Origin: Acutalibacteraceae bacterium
Lineage (GTDB): Bacteria; Bacillota; Clostridia; Oscillospirales; Acutalibacteraceae
DNA: 64,000 bases
Direction of reading: 5' to 3'
Assembly (NCBI GenBank): GCA_045642465.1
Contig: JAZUIY010000017.1
Location: forward strand, 9,165 to 73,164
The position numbers and the translations under genes are program-made. Shown one piece after another: positions 19,191 through 28,447 of this stretch (the stretch's first letter is position 1; every line of letters starts with the position of its first letter). Below the pieces are notes generated by a model, which saw nothing but the letters and a program-made list of their open reading frames with translations, did not search any database and had not been told where the DNA came from.

Positions 19191-19964
19191 ATGAACATTC
19201 TGGCCATTGGCGACGTTGTCGGAAAAGACGGCGTTACCTTTTTAGCAGAGCATCTTCCTTCCTTGAAGCGGGATAATGCCATTGATGTCTGCATTATCAA
19301 CGGAGAAAATGCTGCAGACGGCAATGGCATTACTCCGACTGCCGCAGCCGACTTGTTTGCCCTTGGTGCCGATGTGGTCACCACCGGCAATCATGCCTTC
19401 CGCCGTAGAGAACTGTATGACGTTTACGACGAAAACGAATTCCTTCTGCGTCCGGCCAACTTTACCGCTGCCTGTCCGGGCCACGGCTACTGCAGAGTAG
19501 ACAAGGGCCGCGTACAAGTGGGCGTGGTGAACTTAATGGGCACCACCTATATGGAACCGCTGGACAACCCGTTTAACATGGTGGACGCCATTTTGGAAGA
19601 ACTGTCGGACAGCCGCATTATTTTGGTGGACTTCCACGCAGAAGCCACCTCTGAAAAACGGGCCATGGGCTTTTACTTAGACGGAAAGGTATCCGCCGTA
19701 TTTGGAACCCACACCCACGTGCAGACCGCAGACGAACAGGTGCTGCCAAAGGGAACCGGCTACATTACCGACCTGGGAATGACTGGAACAGTACAATCTG
19801 TTTTGGGCGTTCAGCCGGACATTATTATTGAGAAATTCAAAACCAACATGCCTGCCAGATTTGACTATGCCAAAAATAGTGAAAACATGGTGAACGGCTG
19901 CATTTTTACCGTGGATGAGAAAACCGGACAGTGTACCGGCGTGAAACGCATCCTGTTAAAATAA
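19191..19964 (+). CDS. ymdB: YmdB-family metallophosphoesterase (2',3'-cyclic-nucleotide phosphodiesterase)
   Basis: GDVVG and GENAADGNGIT motifs. Conserved position after rny. Confidence 0.88.
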   Translation: MNILAIGDVVGKDGVTFLAEHLPSLKRDNAIDVCIINGENAADGNGITPTAAADLFALGADVVTTGNHAFRRRELYDVYDENEFLLRPANFTAACPGHGYCRVDKGRVQVGVVNLMGTTYMEPLDNPFNMVDAILEELSDSRIILVDFHAEATSEKRAMGFYLDGKVSAVFGTHTHVQTADEQVLPKGTGYITDLGMTGTVQSVLGVQPDIIIEKFKTNMPARFDYAKNSENMVNGCIFTVDEKTGQCTGVKRILLK

Positions 19965-19982
19965 ACCGGAAGGAGAGACATT

Positions 19983-21419
19983 ATGCAAAGAGCAAAAAAA
20001 GCATTGGCCTTGTTGCTAGTGCTGGTATTTTTCGTGCTCTTCGGTGCATCTGCATGTCATAAGAAAACAGATGATGGGACCGGGTCAGACGTGCCAAAAG
20101 TGGCAAGCGAATCTGACATTGTCATTCCCTATTCCCGTGAAGACGGATTGAATCCTTATATGGCAAAGAGCCTGCTCAATCAGATTTTGATGCCACTGCT
20201 CTACAATGGCCTTTTCTCCGTTGCAGAAGATTATTCCGTAACACCGGTCATTGCAGAAAGCGCCAGTTTCTCCGGGCCAAACTTAATTGTCACCATTAAG
20301 AAGGATGCCAAATTTGCGGATGGCAGCCCAATTACAGCCAATGACGTAGCTTATTCTTTTACCAAGGCCAAGAATTCCGTATACTATTCCACCACATTAA
20401 ATGAATTTGCCACGGCCACTGCACAAGGGGACGACACCGTCACCTTTACCATGATTTCGAAAAATCTGTACGCCACCGCAGTGTTGACCTTCCCAATCAT
20501 CAAATTGGGTACGTCTATTGCAGCAGATGTCTTGCCAACCGGCACAGGGATGTACACCTATGAGGCTACTGCAGATGGCGGCATTCTTCATTTAAATGAA
20601 GGATACTCCGGCAAAACAAGAGCCGTTTATTTAACCAACATTACCCATACCAACACCTTGCTGGACAGTTTGGGCGTAGGCAACATGGACTTTGCCTATG
20701 ACGAAATGATGGATGGCAAGCTGCAAAGGGTCCGCAACATTAATGAATGTCAGGTTCCTCTGAACCAAATTGTGGTTTTGGGTGTGAATACCGGCAGAAG
20801 TTATTTGAGCAATCCAACCATCCGGGTTTACCTCAGCGCCCTTCTGGACAGAGAGGCATTAATTACCACCGGTTTAGACGGATATGCAGACCCATCTGTA
20901 TTGCCGTTTAACCCAGCTTGGTATGAAATCAAAAACCTGGAATTGCCACGCATAGATACCAAGGTGGCCAAGGCTACCGTAGCAGATCACTTCAAGGGTA
21001 TGAAATTGAATATCCTTACAGACGAAAGCAACGACTACAAAATGAAACTGGCCGATGCAGTTTCCAAACAGCTGGCAGCCATTGGCGTGGATTCCACCAT
21101 TACAGCATTGCCATACACCACTTATAAAAGCGCTGTATCCGGCCATATGTATGACTTATACATTGGGGAATACCGCTTGACCAATGACATGAACATTGGG
21201 TTCCTGCTCAGCGGAGATATTCAGGAACAGTTCCGTTATGTACAGACCGGTTCTTTGAACCTAGAAAAATATATTGAGTATTACTACTCCCAAATGCCAA
21301 TGATTACCATTGGCTTCCGTAATGCAGTTCTTTGCTACGGAAAAGAAATTGTCTCGGATGTAACCGGCTTGCCGGGAAACCCGCTGGGCAATTTACCAAA
21401 TTTTGAAAAAGAAGTATAA
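19983..21419 (+). CDS. ABC transporter family-5 (peptide/nickel type) substrate-binding lipoprotein, orphan
   Basis: Lipobox GASAC. SBP_bac_5-like N-terminal pattern (LNPY...LLYNGLF...KFADGSPITANDV). No permease or ATPase genes adjacent. Confidence 0.8.
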   Translation: MQRAKKALALLLVLVFFVLFGASACHKKTDDGTGSDVPKVASESDIVIPYSREDGLNPYMAKSLLNQILMPLLYNGLFSVAEDYSVTPVIAESASFSGPNLIVTIKKDAKFADGSPITANDVAYSFTKAKNSVYYSTTLNEFATATAQGDDTVTFTMISKNLYATAVLTFPIIKLGTSIAADVLPTGTGMYTYEATADGGILHLNEGYSGKTRAVYLTNITHTNTLLDSLGVGNMDFAYDEMMDGKLQRVRNINECQVPLNQIVVLGVNTGRSYLSNPTIRVYLSALLDREALITTGLDGYADPSVLPFNPAWYEIKNLELPRIDTKVAKATVADHFKGMKLNILTDESNDYKMKLADAVSKQLAAIGVDSTITALPYTTYKSAVSGHMYDLYIGEYRLTNDMNIGFLLSGDIQEQFRYVQTGSLNLEKYIEYYYSQMPMITIGFRNAVLCYGKEIVSDVTGLPGNPLGNLPNFEKEV

Positions 21420-21431
21420 GGAGGCATCTCT

Positions 21432-21785
21432 ATGATTAAGCTTGAAAAACCATTGGGAACCATAGAGGTAGAAGAATCCTATTTCTCTGAACTGTTGGGC
21501 AGCATTGTCCCAACTTGCTTTGGTGTGGCAGGAATGTCTAGCAGCAATGCCATTCAAGGCGTACGTTCTCTTTTAATGCGAAAGAGGAATTTCTTAGACA
21601 AAGGTGTCCGTGTCCGTAGCGAACAGGGCGGTTTGGTCATTGACTTACACATTAAGGTAACTTACGGTGTCAACATTTCCGCTGTGGTTGAAAATCTTTC
21701 CCACAAAGTTCGTTACACCATAGAAGAAGTAACCGGCATGACCGTGAAGGCCGTATACGTTCACGTAGATTCCATGCTTTCATAA
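21432..21785 (+). CDS. Asp23/Gls24-family envelope stress protein
   Basis: 117 aa, typical Asp23 family sequence, upstream of the DAK2 protein. Confidence 0.85.
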   Translation: MIKLEKPLGTIEVEESYFSELLGSIVPTCFGVAGMSSSNAIQGVRSLLMRKRNFLDKGVRVRSEQGGLVIDLHIKVTYGVNISAVVENLSHKVRYTIEEVTGMTVKAVYVHVDSMLS

Positions 21786-21800
21786 AAGAGGTAATTTGTT

Positions 21801-23549
21801 TTGATTACAGGTATTCTGTTCCGCGATGCGGTGATTTCCGCAGCGCATAACATCAACAACAACCGAAAAGATGTTGATGCACTTAACGTATTCCCGGTTC
21901 CCGATGGGGACACCGGCACTAATATGTCCATGACCGCTGCAGCAGCTGCCAAAGAATTGGAACTGGTTCCGGATGGAGCCACTGTTTCCAAAGTTGCTGA
22001 TATGACGGCCTCCGCTATGCTTCGTGGTGCACGAGGCAACTCCGGGGTAATTCTTTCCCTGATTTTCCGTGGCTTTGCCAAAGGCTTAAAGGGAAAAGAA
22101 ACCGCCGATGCCAGAGATTTGGCCCTGGCACTTTCCTACGGGGTAGAAGCAGCATATAAAGCTGTTATGAAACCGACGGAAGGTACCATTCTTACCGTTG
22201 TCCGCATGGCTTCTCAGGCCGGTGCAACCTTCGGAACCGAAAACAAAGAAGCATCTCCGGTGGAACTTTGGAACGCCGTTGTGACCGGTGCACAGGAAGC
22301 GCTGGAACAAACCCAGGAAATGCTTCCGGTACTGAAGAAAGCCGGCGTGGTAGATGCCGGTGGACAGGGCTTGGTTCATATTCTGCGGGGTATGGCCTCT
22401 GTCTTTAACGGAGAGGGTGTCATTGAAGATTTAAATGACGAAGCCGTATCCATTAACGTACAGCCATTTGTAAAGAAGACCACCGTTGCAGCAGCCAGTT
22501 CCAACATTAAGTTTGGTTACTGTACCGAGTTTATTGTCAATAGAGACCCATCCGTTACCACAGATCCTTGTGAACTCCGGGCTTACCTGGAATCCATTGG
22601 GGACTCCGTTGTCTGCGTAGACGATGACGACATCATCAAGGTGCACGTTCATACCAATGACCCGGGCAATGCCTTGCAAAAGGGCTTGGGCTTTGGTGCT
22701 TTGGTAAAAATCAAAGTAGACAACATGAGACAGCAGCATGTCAATGCCGGAAAAGATAGCGCTTTGGCAGAAGAAAACCTGGAACAGTTCCATAAGCGCC
22801 CGGTTCCGGTTTCCATTACCGTAACAGACGGGGAAGAACCGCAAGCCGTATCCCAAGAAGAAACCCTTCTTCCGGTAGAACCGGTGAATGAAGTTGGCTT
22901 TGTTGCTGTAGCAGCAGGGGACGGCCTGGGCGACATGTTCCGGGAAATCGGCGTAGATGTCGTTGTATCCGGCGGTCAGACCATGAATCCAAGTACGGAA
23001 GACATTTTGCGGGCAGTAGAAGCTACGCCGGCAGAAACCGTCTTCGTACTGCCAAACAATAAGAACATCATTATGGCTGCAGAACAGGTCAATGCCATTT
23101 CTTCCAGACAGGTAATTGTTCTGCCAAGCCGTACCGTTCCACAGGGCGTAGCAGCCATGCTGGCTTATGACCCGGATGCGGACATCAACGCCAACCATTT
23201 GGCTATGACCCAGGCCTTAGATACGGTGGAAACCGGTCAGGTGACCTTTGCCGCCAGAGATAGCTCTGTAGATGGCAAAGCCATTAAAGAAGGCCAGATG
23301 CTGGGCATGGAAAACGGAGCCATTAATGTAGTGGAAGATGACATGGTTACTGCCGCATTTAAAGTAACCCGCCATCTGGTTCGTAAACATGGAGACACCA
23401 GCATGATTACCATTTTCTATGGCGAAGGTGCCACAGAAGAAGATGCACAGCAATTGGAAACCATGTTGAATAATAAATACAGTAATGTGGAAACTGCCGT
23501 TATCCCTGGTGGACAGCCGGTATACCACTTCATTATTTCTGTTGAATAA
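21801..23549 (+). CDS. DAK2 domain fusion protein YloV
   Basis: ALNVFPVPDGDTGTNM motif, TTG start. Conserved asp23-yloV-recG order. Confidence 0.88.
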   Translation: MITGILFRDAVISAAHNINNNRKDVDALNVFPVPDGDTGTNMSMTAAAAAKELELVPDGATVSKVADMTASAMLRGARGNSGVILSLIFRGFAKGLKGKETADARDLALALSYGVEAAYKAVMKPTEGTILTVVRMASQAGATFGTENKEASPVELWNAVVTGAQEALEQTQEMLPVLKKAGVVDAGGQGLVHILRGMASVFNGEGVIEDLNDEAVSINVQPFVKKTTVAAASSNIKFGYCTEFIVNRDPSVTTDPCELRAYLESIGDSVVCVDDDDIIKVHVHTNDPGNALQKGLGFGALVKIKVDNMRQQHVNAGKDSALAEENLEQFHKRPVPVSITVTDGEEPQAVSQEETLLPVEPVNEVGFVAVAAGDGLGDMFREIGVDVVVSGGQTMNPSTEDILRAVEATPAETVFVLPNNKNIIMAAEQVNAISSRQVIVLPSRTVPQGVAAMLAYDPDADINANHLAMTQALDTVETGQVTFAARDSSVDGKAIKEGQMLGMENGAINVVEDDMVTAAFKVTRHLVRKHGDTSMITIFYGEGATEEDAQQLETMLNNKYSNVETAVIPGGQPVYHFIISVE

Positions 23550-23566
23550 TTCCTAGAGGAACCCAT

Positions 23567-25606
23567 ATGCTACCGGATATTCCTATTCGAAAATTGAAAG
23601 GCGTCGGAGAAAAACGCGCCGAGCAGCTTCTTTCGCTCGGCGTCTCTTCTGTTGACGCCCTTTTTCATTATTATCCCAGAGCATATGAGGATTGGAGCAC
23701 TGTAACTGCCATTATGGGGGCAGAGTTACAGGAAAAAGTTTGCATCCATGCCATGGTTATGGCAGCACCGTCTTTTTTCAAAGCCAAAAGCGGCATTATG
23801 GTCTATGAAACCAAGGTTTATGACCAAAGCGGCTTTTGCAAGATTACCATTTTCAACAACCGGTTTGCTGCCGGAAAACTGGTGCCGGGAAAAGAATATT
23901 ATTTCTTTGGCCAAATGACCATGAACAGCGGTGTCCGTCAAATGCTGAACCCTGCCATTGAAGAAAAGGCAGAAAAGCGTCGGATCCGTCCCATTTACAG
24001 AAGAAACAAAGACATTACTTCCAACTATATTGAAGGTCTCATGGAAAAGGCACTGGATGCCTACAGCGCCTACTTAGAGGACCCTATTCCGGAAGCAATT
24101 TTGACACAGTATCAGCTGATGCCCTTACAGGATGCCATGCGGGAAATCCATTTCCCAAGCAGCATGGAGTCCATGATGGCAGCCCGCAACCGCTTCATTT
24201 TTGAAGAACTGTTAGAATTACAGGTGGGGCTGAAGCAAATTCGGGGTGCCAACCGGACTGCCACCGGCGTCCGGCTGTTAGAAGATTACTCGGAAGACTT
24301 TTATGGAAGTCTTCCCTTTGAACCAACCGGCGCCCAGAAACGGGCCGTGTCCGCTGCCATGGCTGACATGCAAAGCGGCATCCTGATGAACCGCTTACTC
24401 CAGGGGGATGTTGGCTCCGGGAAAACCATGGTGGCCGCCGCCCTGGGTTATTCCACCGCCCGCAACGGGTACCAGACCGCCATGATGGCGCCGACGGAAA
24501 TTTTGGCCGGCCAGCACTATGCCACCATGTGCAGTTTCTTTCAGAACACCGGCATTCAGGTGGCATTGCTTACGGGAAGTACTCCTGCAAAAGAAAAAAC
24601 CGACATCAAAGCCGGCCTGCGCAGCGGCGCCATAGATTTCGTGGTGGGTACCCATGCGCTGATTACAGATGACGTGGACTTTATGCGTCTGGGACTGGTC
24701 ATTACAGACGAGCAGCACCGCTTCGGTGTGAACCAGCGGGGAAGCCTGGCCAAAAAGGGCGACGGTGCCCATGTTTTGGTTATGTCAGCCACGCCAATTC
24801 CACGGACCATGGCCCTTGCCATCTACGGAGACCTGGATGTTTCCATCATAGATGAGCTGCCAAAAGGGCGAATTCCAATAGAGACTTATCGTATTAATGG
24901 AAAAATTCGTGAAAGAGCGTATAATTATATCAAACAGCATTTAGAGGAAGGCAGACAAGGGTACATTGTTTGCCCGCTGGTAGAGGAAGGGGAAGAAACT
25001 CCTGAGAACCTGGTTCCGGCCACGGAATACTATCAGCGCATTTCTCAAAATGAATTTAAGAATTATAAAGTTGGCCTCTTACATGGCCAAATGAAGAATG
25101 GGGACAAAGAGGCCGTTATGGACCAATTTGTCCGAGGAGACATTCAACTATTGGTAGCTACTACCGTAATTGAAGTCGGGGTAGACGTTCCCAATGCGGT
25201 TATTATGTTAATTGAAAACGCAGAACGGTTTGGTCTTTCCCAGCTCCACCAGCTCCGCGGCCGCGTGGGCCGGGGAAAGTACAAGTCCACCTGCATTCTG
25301 CTGTCGGACAATGCTTCTCCTGCCACGGCAGAACGGCTGGGGGTTATGTGTAGTACCAACGACGGCTTTGAAATATCTCAGAGAGACTTGGCCCTCCGTG
25401 GACCAGGGGACTTCTTCGGACAGCGCCAGCATGGCCTTCCGGAGCTCCGCATCGCCGATATGTTAACGGACATTGATATCCTAAAACAGGCGGAAACAGC
25501 CGCTGAGAGCATTCTAGCCACCAGTTCTACCTTAGACCTTCCGGAGTACCAACTGCTGAAGGAAGAAGTAGAAGCCTTATTTGCGCGTAATCAATCCACT
25601 TGTTAA
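23567..25606 (+). CDS. recG: ATP-dependent DNA helicase RecG
   Basis: Wedge domain, Walker A GSGKT, DEQH box, and the helicase C motif QLHQLRGRVGRG. Confidence 0.93.
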   Translation: MLPDIPIRKLKGVGEKRAEQLLSLGVSSVDALFHYYPRAYEDWSTVTAIMGAELQEKVCIHAMVMAAPSFFKAKSGIMVYETKVYDQSGFCKITIFNNRFAAGKLVPGKEYYFFGQMTMNSGVRQMLNPAIEEKAEKRRIRPIYRRNKDITSNYIEGLMEKALDAYSAYLEDPIPEAILTQYQLMPLQDAMREIHFPSSMESMMAARNRFIFEELLELQVGLKQIRGANRTATGVRLLEDYSEDFYGSLPFEPTGAQKRAVSAAMADMQSGILMNRLLQGDVGSGKTMVAAALGYSTARNGYQTAMMAPTEILAGQHYATMCSFFQNTGIQVALLTGSTPAKEKTDIKAGLRSGAIDFVVGTHALITDDVDFMRLGLVITDEQHRFGVNQRGSLAKKGDGAHVLVMSATPIPRTMALAIYGDLDVSIIDELPKGRIPIETYRINGKIRERAYNYIKQHLEEGRQGYIVCPLVEEGEETPENLVPATEYYQRISQNEFKNYKVGLLHGQMKNGDKEAVMDQFVRGDIQLLVATTVIEVGVDVPNAVIMLIENAERFGLSQLHQLRGRVGRGKYKSTCILLSDNASPATAERLGVMCSTNDGFEISQRDLALRGPGDFFGQRQHGLPELRIADMLTDIDILKQAETAAESILATSSTLDLPEYQLLKEEVEALFARNQSTC

Positions 25607-25625
25607 ACTTTTGGAGGAATTTGAT

Positions 25626-27077
25626 ATGAAATTGAAACAGACCCATGCAGCAAAAATGGCTCGTAGAAGAACCATTACTTGCTGTGTTGCCCTGCTGTTG
25701 GTCGTTTCCCTCATTGTTGGCATCAGTTCTTGTATTTCCGGCAAAAAAGCCAAGAAGGCTGCCGAAGAAGAAGCTGCCGCCAAAAAGGCAACGACCTCTC
25801 AGAACGCAAAAGACAATCTGGATAAGTTGATTGACAACATGTCTCTGGATCAGAAAATTGCGCAGCTCTTTATGATTAGTCCGGAAGCTTTAACCGGTGC
25901 TGATGTGGTTTCTGCCGCAGGTGAACAGACCAAGAACAGCCTGACCAAATATCCGGTGGGCGGTATTGTTTACACCGAAGCAAACCTTTCTTCTGATGAA
26001 CAGGTAAAGAGCATGCTGATGAATACCCAGACCTATTTGGGTAACATTGTGGGCATTCCGGCCTTTATTGCTATTGCAGAAGAAGGCGGCGACAATTCTC
26101 CGGTAGCAGCCAAACTGAAAATCACGCAGTTTGCTTCTCCTTACACCTATGCCGAAAAGGAAAATGGTGTGGAAGAGTTGGCCACCAACATGAGTGACAT
26201 GGCAAAGCAGCTGAAAATGCTGGGCTTCAATTTGAATTTGGCTCCATATGCAGACTGCTGTGCACTGAATGACAGTGCTGCCGGCCCTCGTTCCTATGGA
26301 TCTGATTATCAAAAGGCTGCTGACTTAGTAGCCGCAGCCGTTAAGGGCCTTCGTGCCGGCGGCGTTGGCAGCTGCCTGAAATACTTCCCAAGCATTGGGG
26401 ACTATGATGCCGGCGGTAACCTGGTATGTAACGGTTCTTTGGCAGACTTGAAGGCAAAGGACTTCCTGCCGTTCCAGAGTGGTATTACAGCCGGTGCTGA
26501 CATTGTTCAGGTAGGTCACGTTCAGACCGCTGCTGCAGAAGCAGGCGTACCTTCCGACTTCTCCAAGAAGGTGGTAACAGACTTGCTCCGCAACACCTTG
26601 GGCTTCAAGGGCGTTATAATGACCGCTTCTTTAGGTGACAGTTCGGTATCTTCTACTTACTCCACCGCCCAGATGGTAGTCAAAGCCTTGCAGGCAGGTT
26701 GTGACCTGATTTACAACCCAACCAGCCTCTATGATGCCGTTGCTGCCGTAAAGGATGCCATTACCACCGGTAACCTTTCCGAAGCCCGCATCAACCAGTC
26801 TGTCAAACGCATTCTGACGGCTAAGATTAACCTTGGTATTATGTCTATGCCAACGGATAGTGCCATTGAAATGATGGCTTCCAGACAGACGACTCTGCCA
26901 ACGGAAAACACCTCGGACCTTATTGAAAACCCGGGTGAAAACGTAGATTCCGGGAATACCACTTCTGCGTACTCCACTACCAGAACCTATTCCACTACGG
27001 CTTCCAGAACTACTTCTACTACCACTACCAAGACCACCGCTGCCGGTGATCCAAACTTTGAAGCAGAAGTAAACTAA
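25626..27077 (+). CDS. GH3 (NagZ/YbbD-like) domain lipoprotein with apparently substituted catalytic residues and Ser/Thr-rich tail
   Basis: Start at ATG 25626 (GGAGG RBS); lipobox-like ISSC. Aligns by eye to B. subtilis YbbD through KGL..GV..K(H>Y)FP and SKKV.T.LLR..GF.GVI.T(D>A).L. Confidence 0.8.
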   Translation: MKLKQTHAAKMARRRTITCCVALLLVVSLIVGISSCISGKKAKKAAEEEAAAKKATTSQNAKDNLDKLIDNMSLDQKIAQLFMISPEALTGADVVSAAGEQTKNSLTKYPVGGIVYTEANLSSDEQVKSMLMNTQTYLGNIVGIPAFIAIAEEGGDNSPVAAKLKITQFASPYTYAEKENGVEELATNMSDMAKQLKMLGFNLNLAPYADCCALNDSAAGPRSYGSDYQKAADLVAAAVKGLRAGGVGSCLKYFPSIGDYDAGGNLVCNGSLADLKAKDFLPFQSGITAGADIVQVGHVQTAAAEAGVPSDFSKKVVTDLLRNTLGFKGVIMTASLGDSSVSSTYSTAQMVVKALQAGCDLIYNPTSLYDAVAAVKDAITTGNLSEARINQSVKRILTAKINLGIMSMPTDSAIEMMASRQTTLPTENTSDLIENPGENVDSGNTTSAYSTTRTYSTTASRTTSTTTTKTTAAGDPNFEAEVN

Positions 27078-27089
27078 CGGAAAAAGACA

Positions 27090-27128
27090 AAAAAAGACCG
27101 CTTCCCTTGGGAAGCGGTTTTTATTTTT
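27090..27128. terminator. bidirectional intrinsic terminator
   Basis: Stem CCGCTTCCC/GGGAAGCGG with an A-run upstream and a T-run downstream, between convergent genes. Confidence 0.7.
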
Positions 27129-28410
27129 ATTCTTTTGATTTTCCGGAAGCACCTTTGGTGGAGAAGAGGAAAAGGACAATGCCAATGACAAAGAACACGG
27201 CAATGGCGCCGACACCATAATTTTGGTGGCCGGTAATTTGGGTTACCACACCAATTAATGTGGTTCCAAGGAAGGAAGCGCCTTTTCCTAAAATGTCATA
27301 AAGCCCAAAGAATTCACCGGATTTATTCACCGGCGTAATGCTGGCGAAGTAAGAACGGGACAATGCCTGGGTACCACCCTGTACCAGACCCATGGCCAAC
27401 GCCATAATAACGAACTGGTAAATATGGCCAAGGAAAATGGCGTACACGGTAATACAGAAATAACCGAAAATACAGAATGGAATTAACTTATAGGCTTCGT
27501 ATTTTGCGGTTAATTTTCCCAAAAGCAAGGCAGATGGACAAGCTACAAATTGGCAGCCCAACATGGCGGCTACCATGAGCAATGTGTCAATGCCAAGAGA
27601 AGTGGCATAGGCGGTGGACATTTTTACAATGGTGAATACACCGTCAATATAAAAGAAATAAGCCAGTAAGAAGAGGGCAATCCGTTTGTTGGAGAAGGCC
27701 TCTTTTAAGGTTTTCCAGATTTGCTTAAACGGATTGATACGGGCTTCTGTTAAATAATACTTTTGCTCATAACTCTTCAGCAACGGGATGGACATGATGA
27801 GCCACCAGAAACCGGTGACAACGCAAGCAATGGAAAGCAAGGTTAAGTTATTCAAGTCCAGATTACCGGTGACAATGAAGATAACCAATGCCAAAACAGC
27901 ATATGGAATTAAGCAGCCGACATAGCCCCAGGCGTAGCCTTGGGAAGAAACGTTGTGCATACGTTCTTCGGTGGTGACGTCTCTCAGCATGGAGTCGTAA
28001 AGGACAATGCTGACACTAAACAGGGACCGCAAGATTACAAATGCAGCAAGGAATGCAATCCAGTGTCGGAAGACACCCATGAAGATACACAGGGTGCAAG
28101 CAGCAAATAAAATAACGGCGAAGAATTTCTTCTTCATTCCTTTTTGGTCTGACAAGGCACCAATGATGGGACCCATACAGGCGGAAATTACCGTTGCTAC
28201 GGATTGGGCGTAGCCCCAATAGGCAAGGTACAGTGCCGGAGACAGACCCTCGTTTCCACTGATGACATTGAAGAAGAATGTCAAGATGGTGGATTCAATG
28301 AGAGAGAATGCGGAGTTAGCCACATCATATAAAACCCAGTTACGTTCTTTGCCTGTTAAACGGAACTTGGATTTCACATCCTGGACTGGCATGGATTCGG
28401 AGTTGGTCAC
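27127..28410 (-). CDS. MFS transporter (UMF1/Atg22-like family)
   Basis: 427 aa, about 12 TM, N-terminal NWVLYDVANSAF motif typical of the family. Confidence 0.75.
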   Translation of the reverse strand: MTNSESMPVQDVKSKFRLTGKERNWVLYDVANSAFSLIESTILTFFFNVISGNEGLSPALYLAYWGYAQSVATVISACMGPIIGALSDQKGMKKKFFAVILFAACTLCIFMGVFRHWIAFLAAFVILRSLFSVSIVLYDSMLRDVTTEERMHNVSSQGYAWGYVGCLIPYAVLALVIFIVTGNLDLNNLTLLSIACVVTGFWWLIMSIPLLKSYEQKYYLTEARINPFKQIWKTLKEAFSNKRIALFLLAYFFYIDGVFTIVKMSTAYATSLGIDTLLMVAAMLGCQFVACPSALLLGKLTAKYEAYKLIPFCIFGYFCITVYAIFLGHIYQFVIMALAMGLVQGGTQALSRSYFASITPVNKSGEFFGLYDILGKGASFLGTTLIGVVTQITGHQNYGVGAIAVFFVIGIVLFLFSTKGASGKSKE

Positions 28411-28447
28411 AGAAATCAGCTCTTTCTCTATTTATTTTCGAACAGTT

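Noticed and set aside
26940-27060. Ser/Thr-rich repetitive-looking 3' end of the GH3-like gene
   Set aside because: This is low-complexity coding sequence (TSAYSTTRTYSTTASRTTSTTTTKTT), not a DNA tandem repeat. It is likely a flexible or glycosylated linker, and it is noted under the GH3 finding instead.
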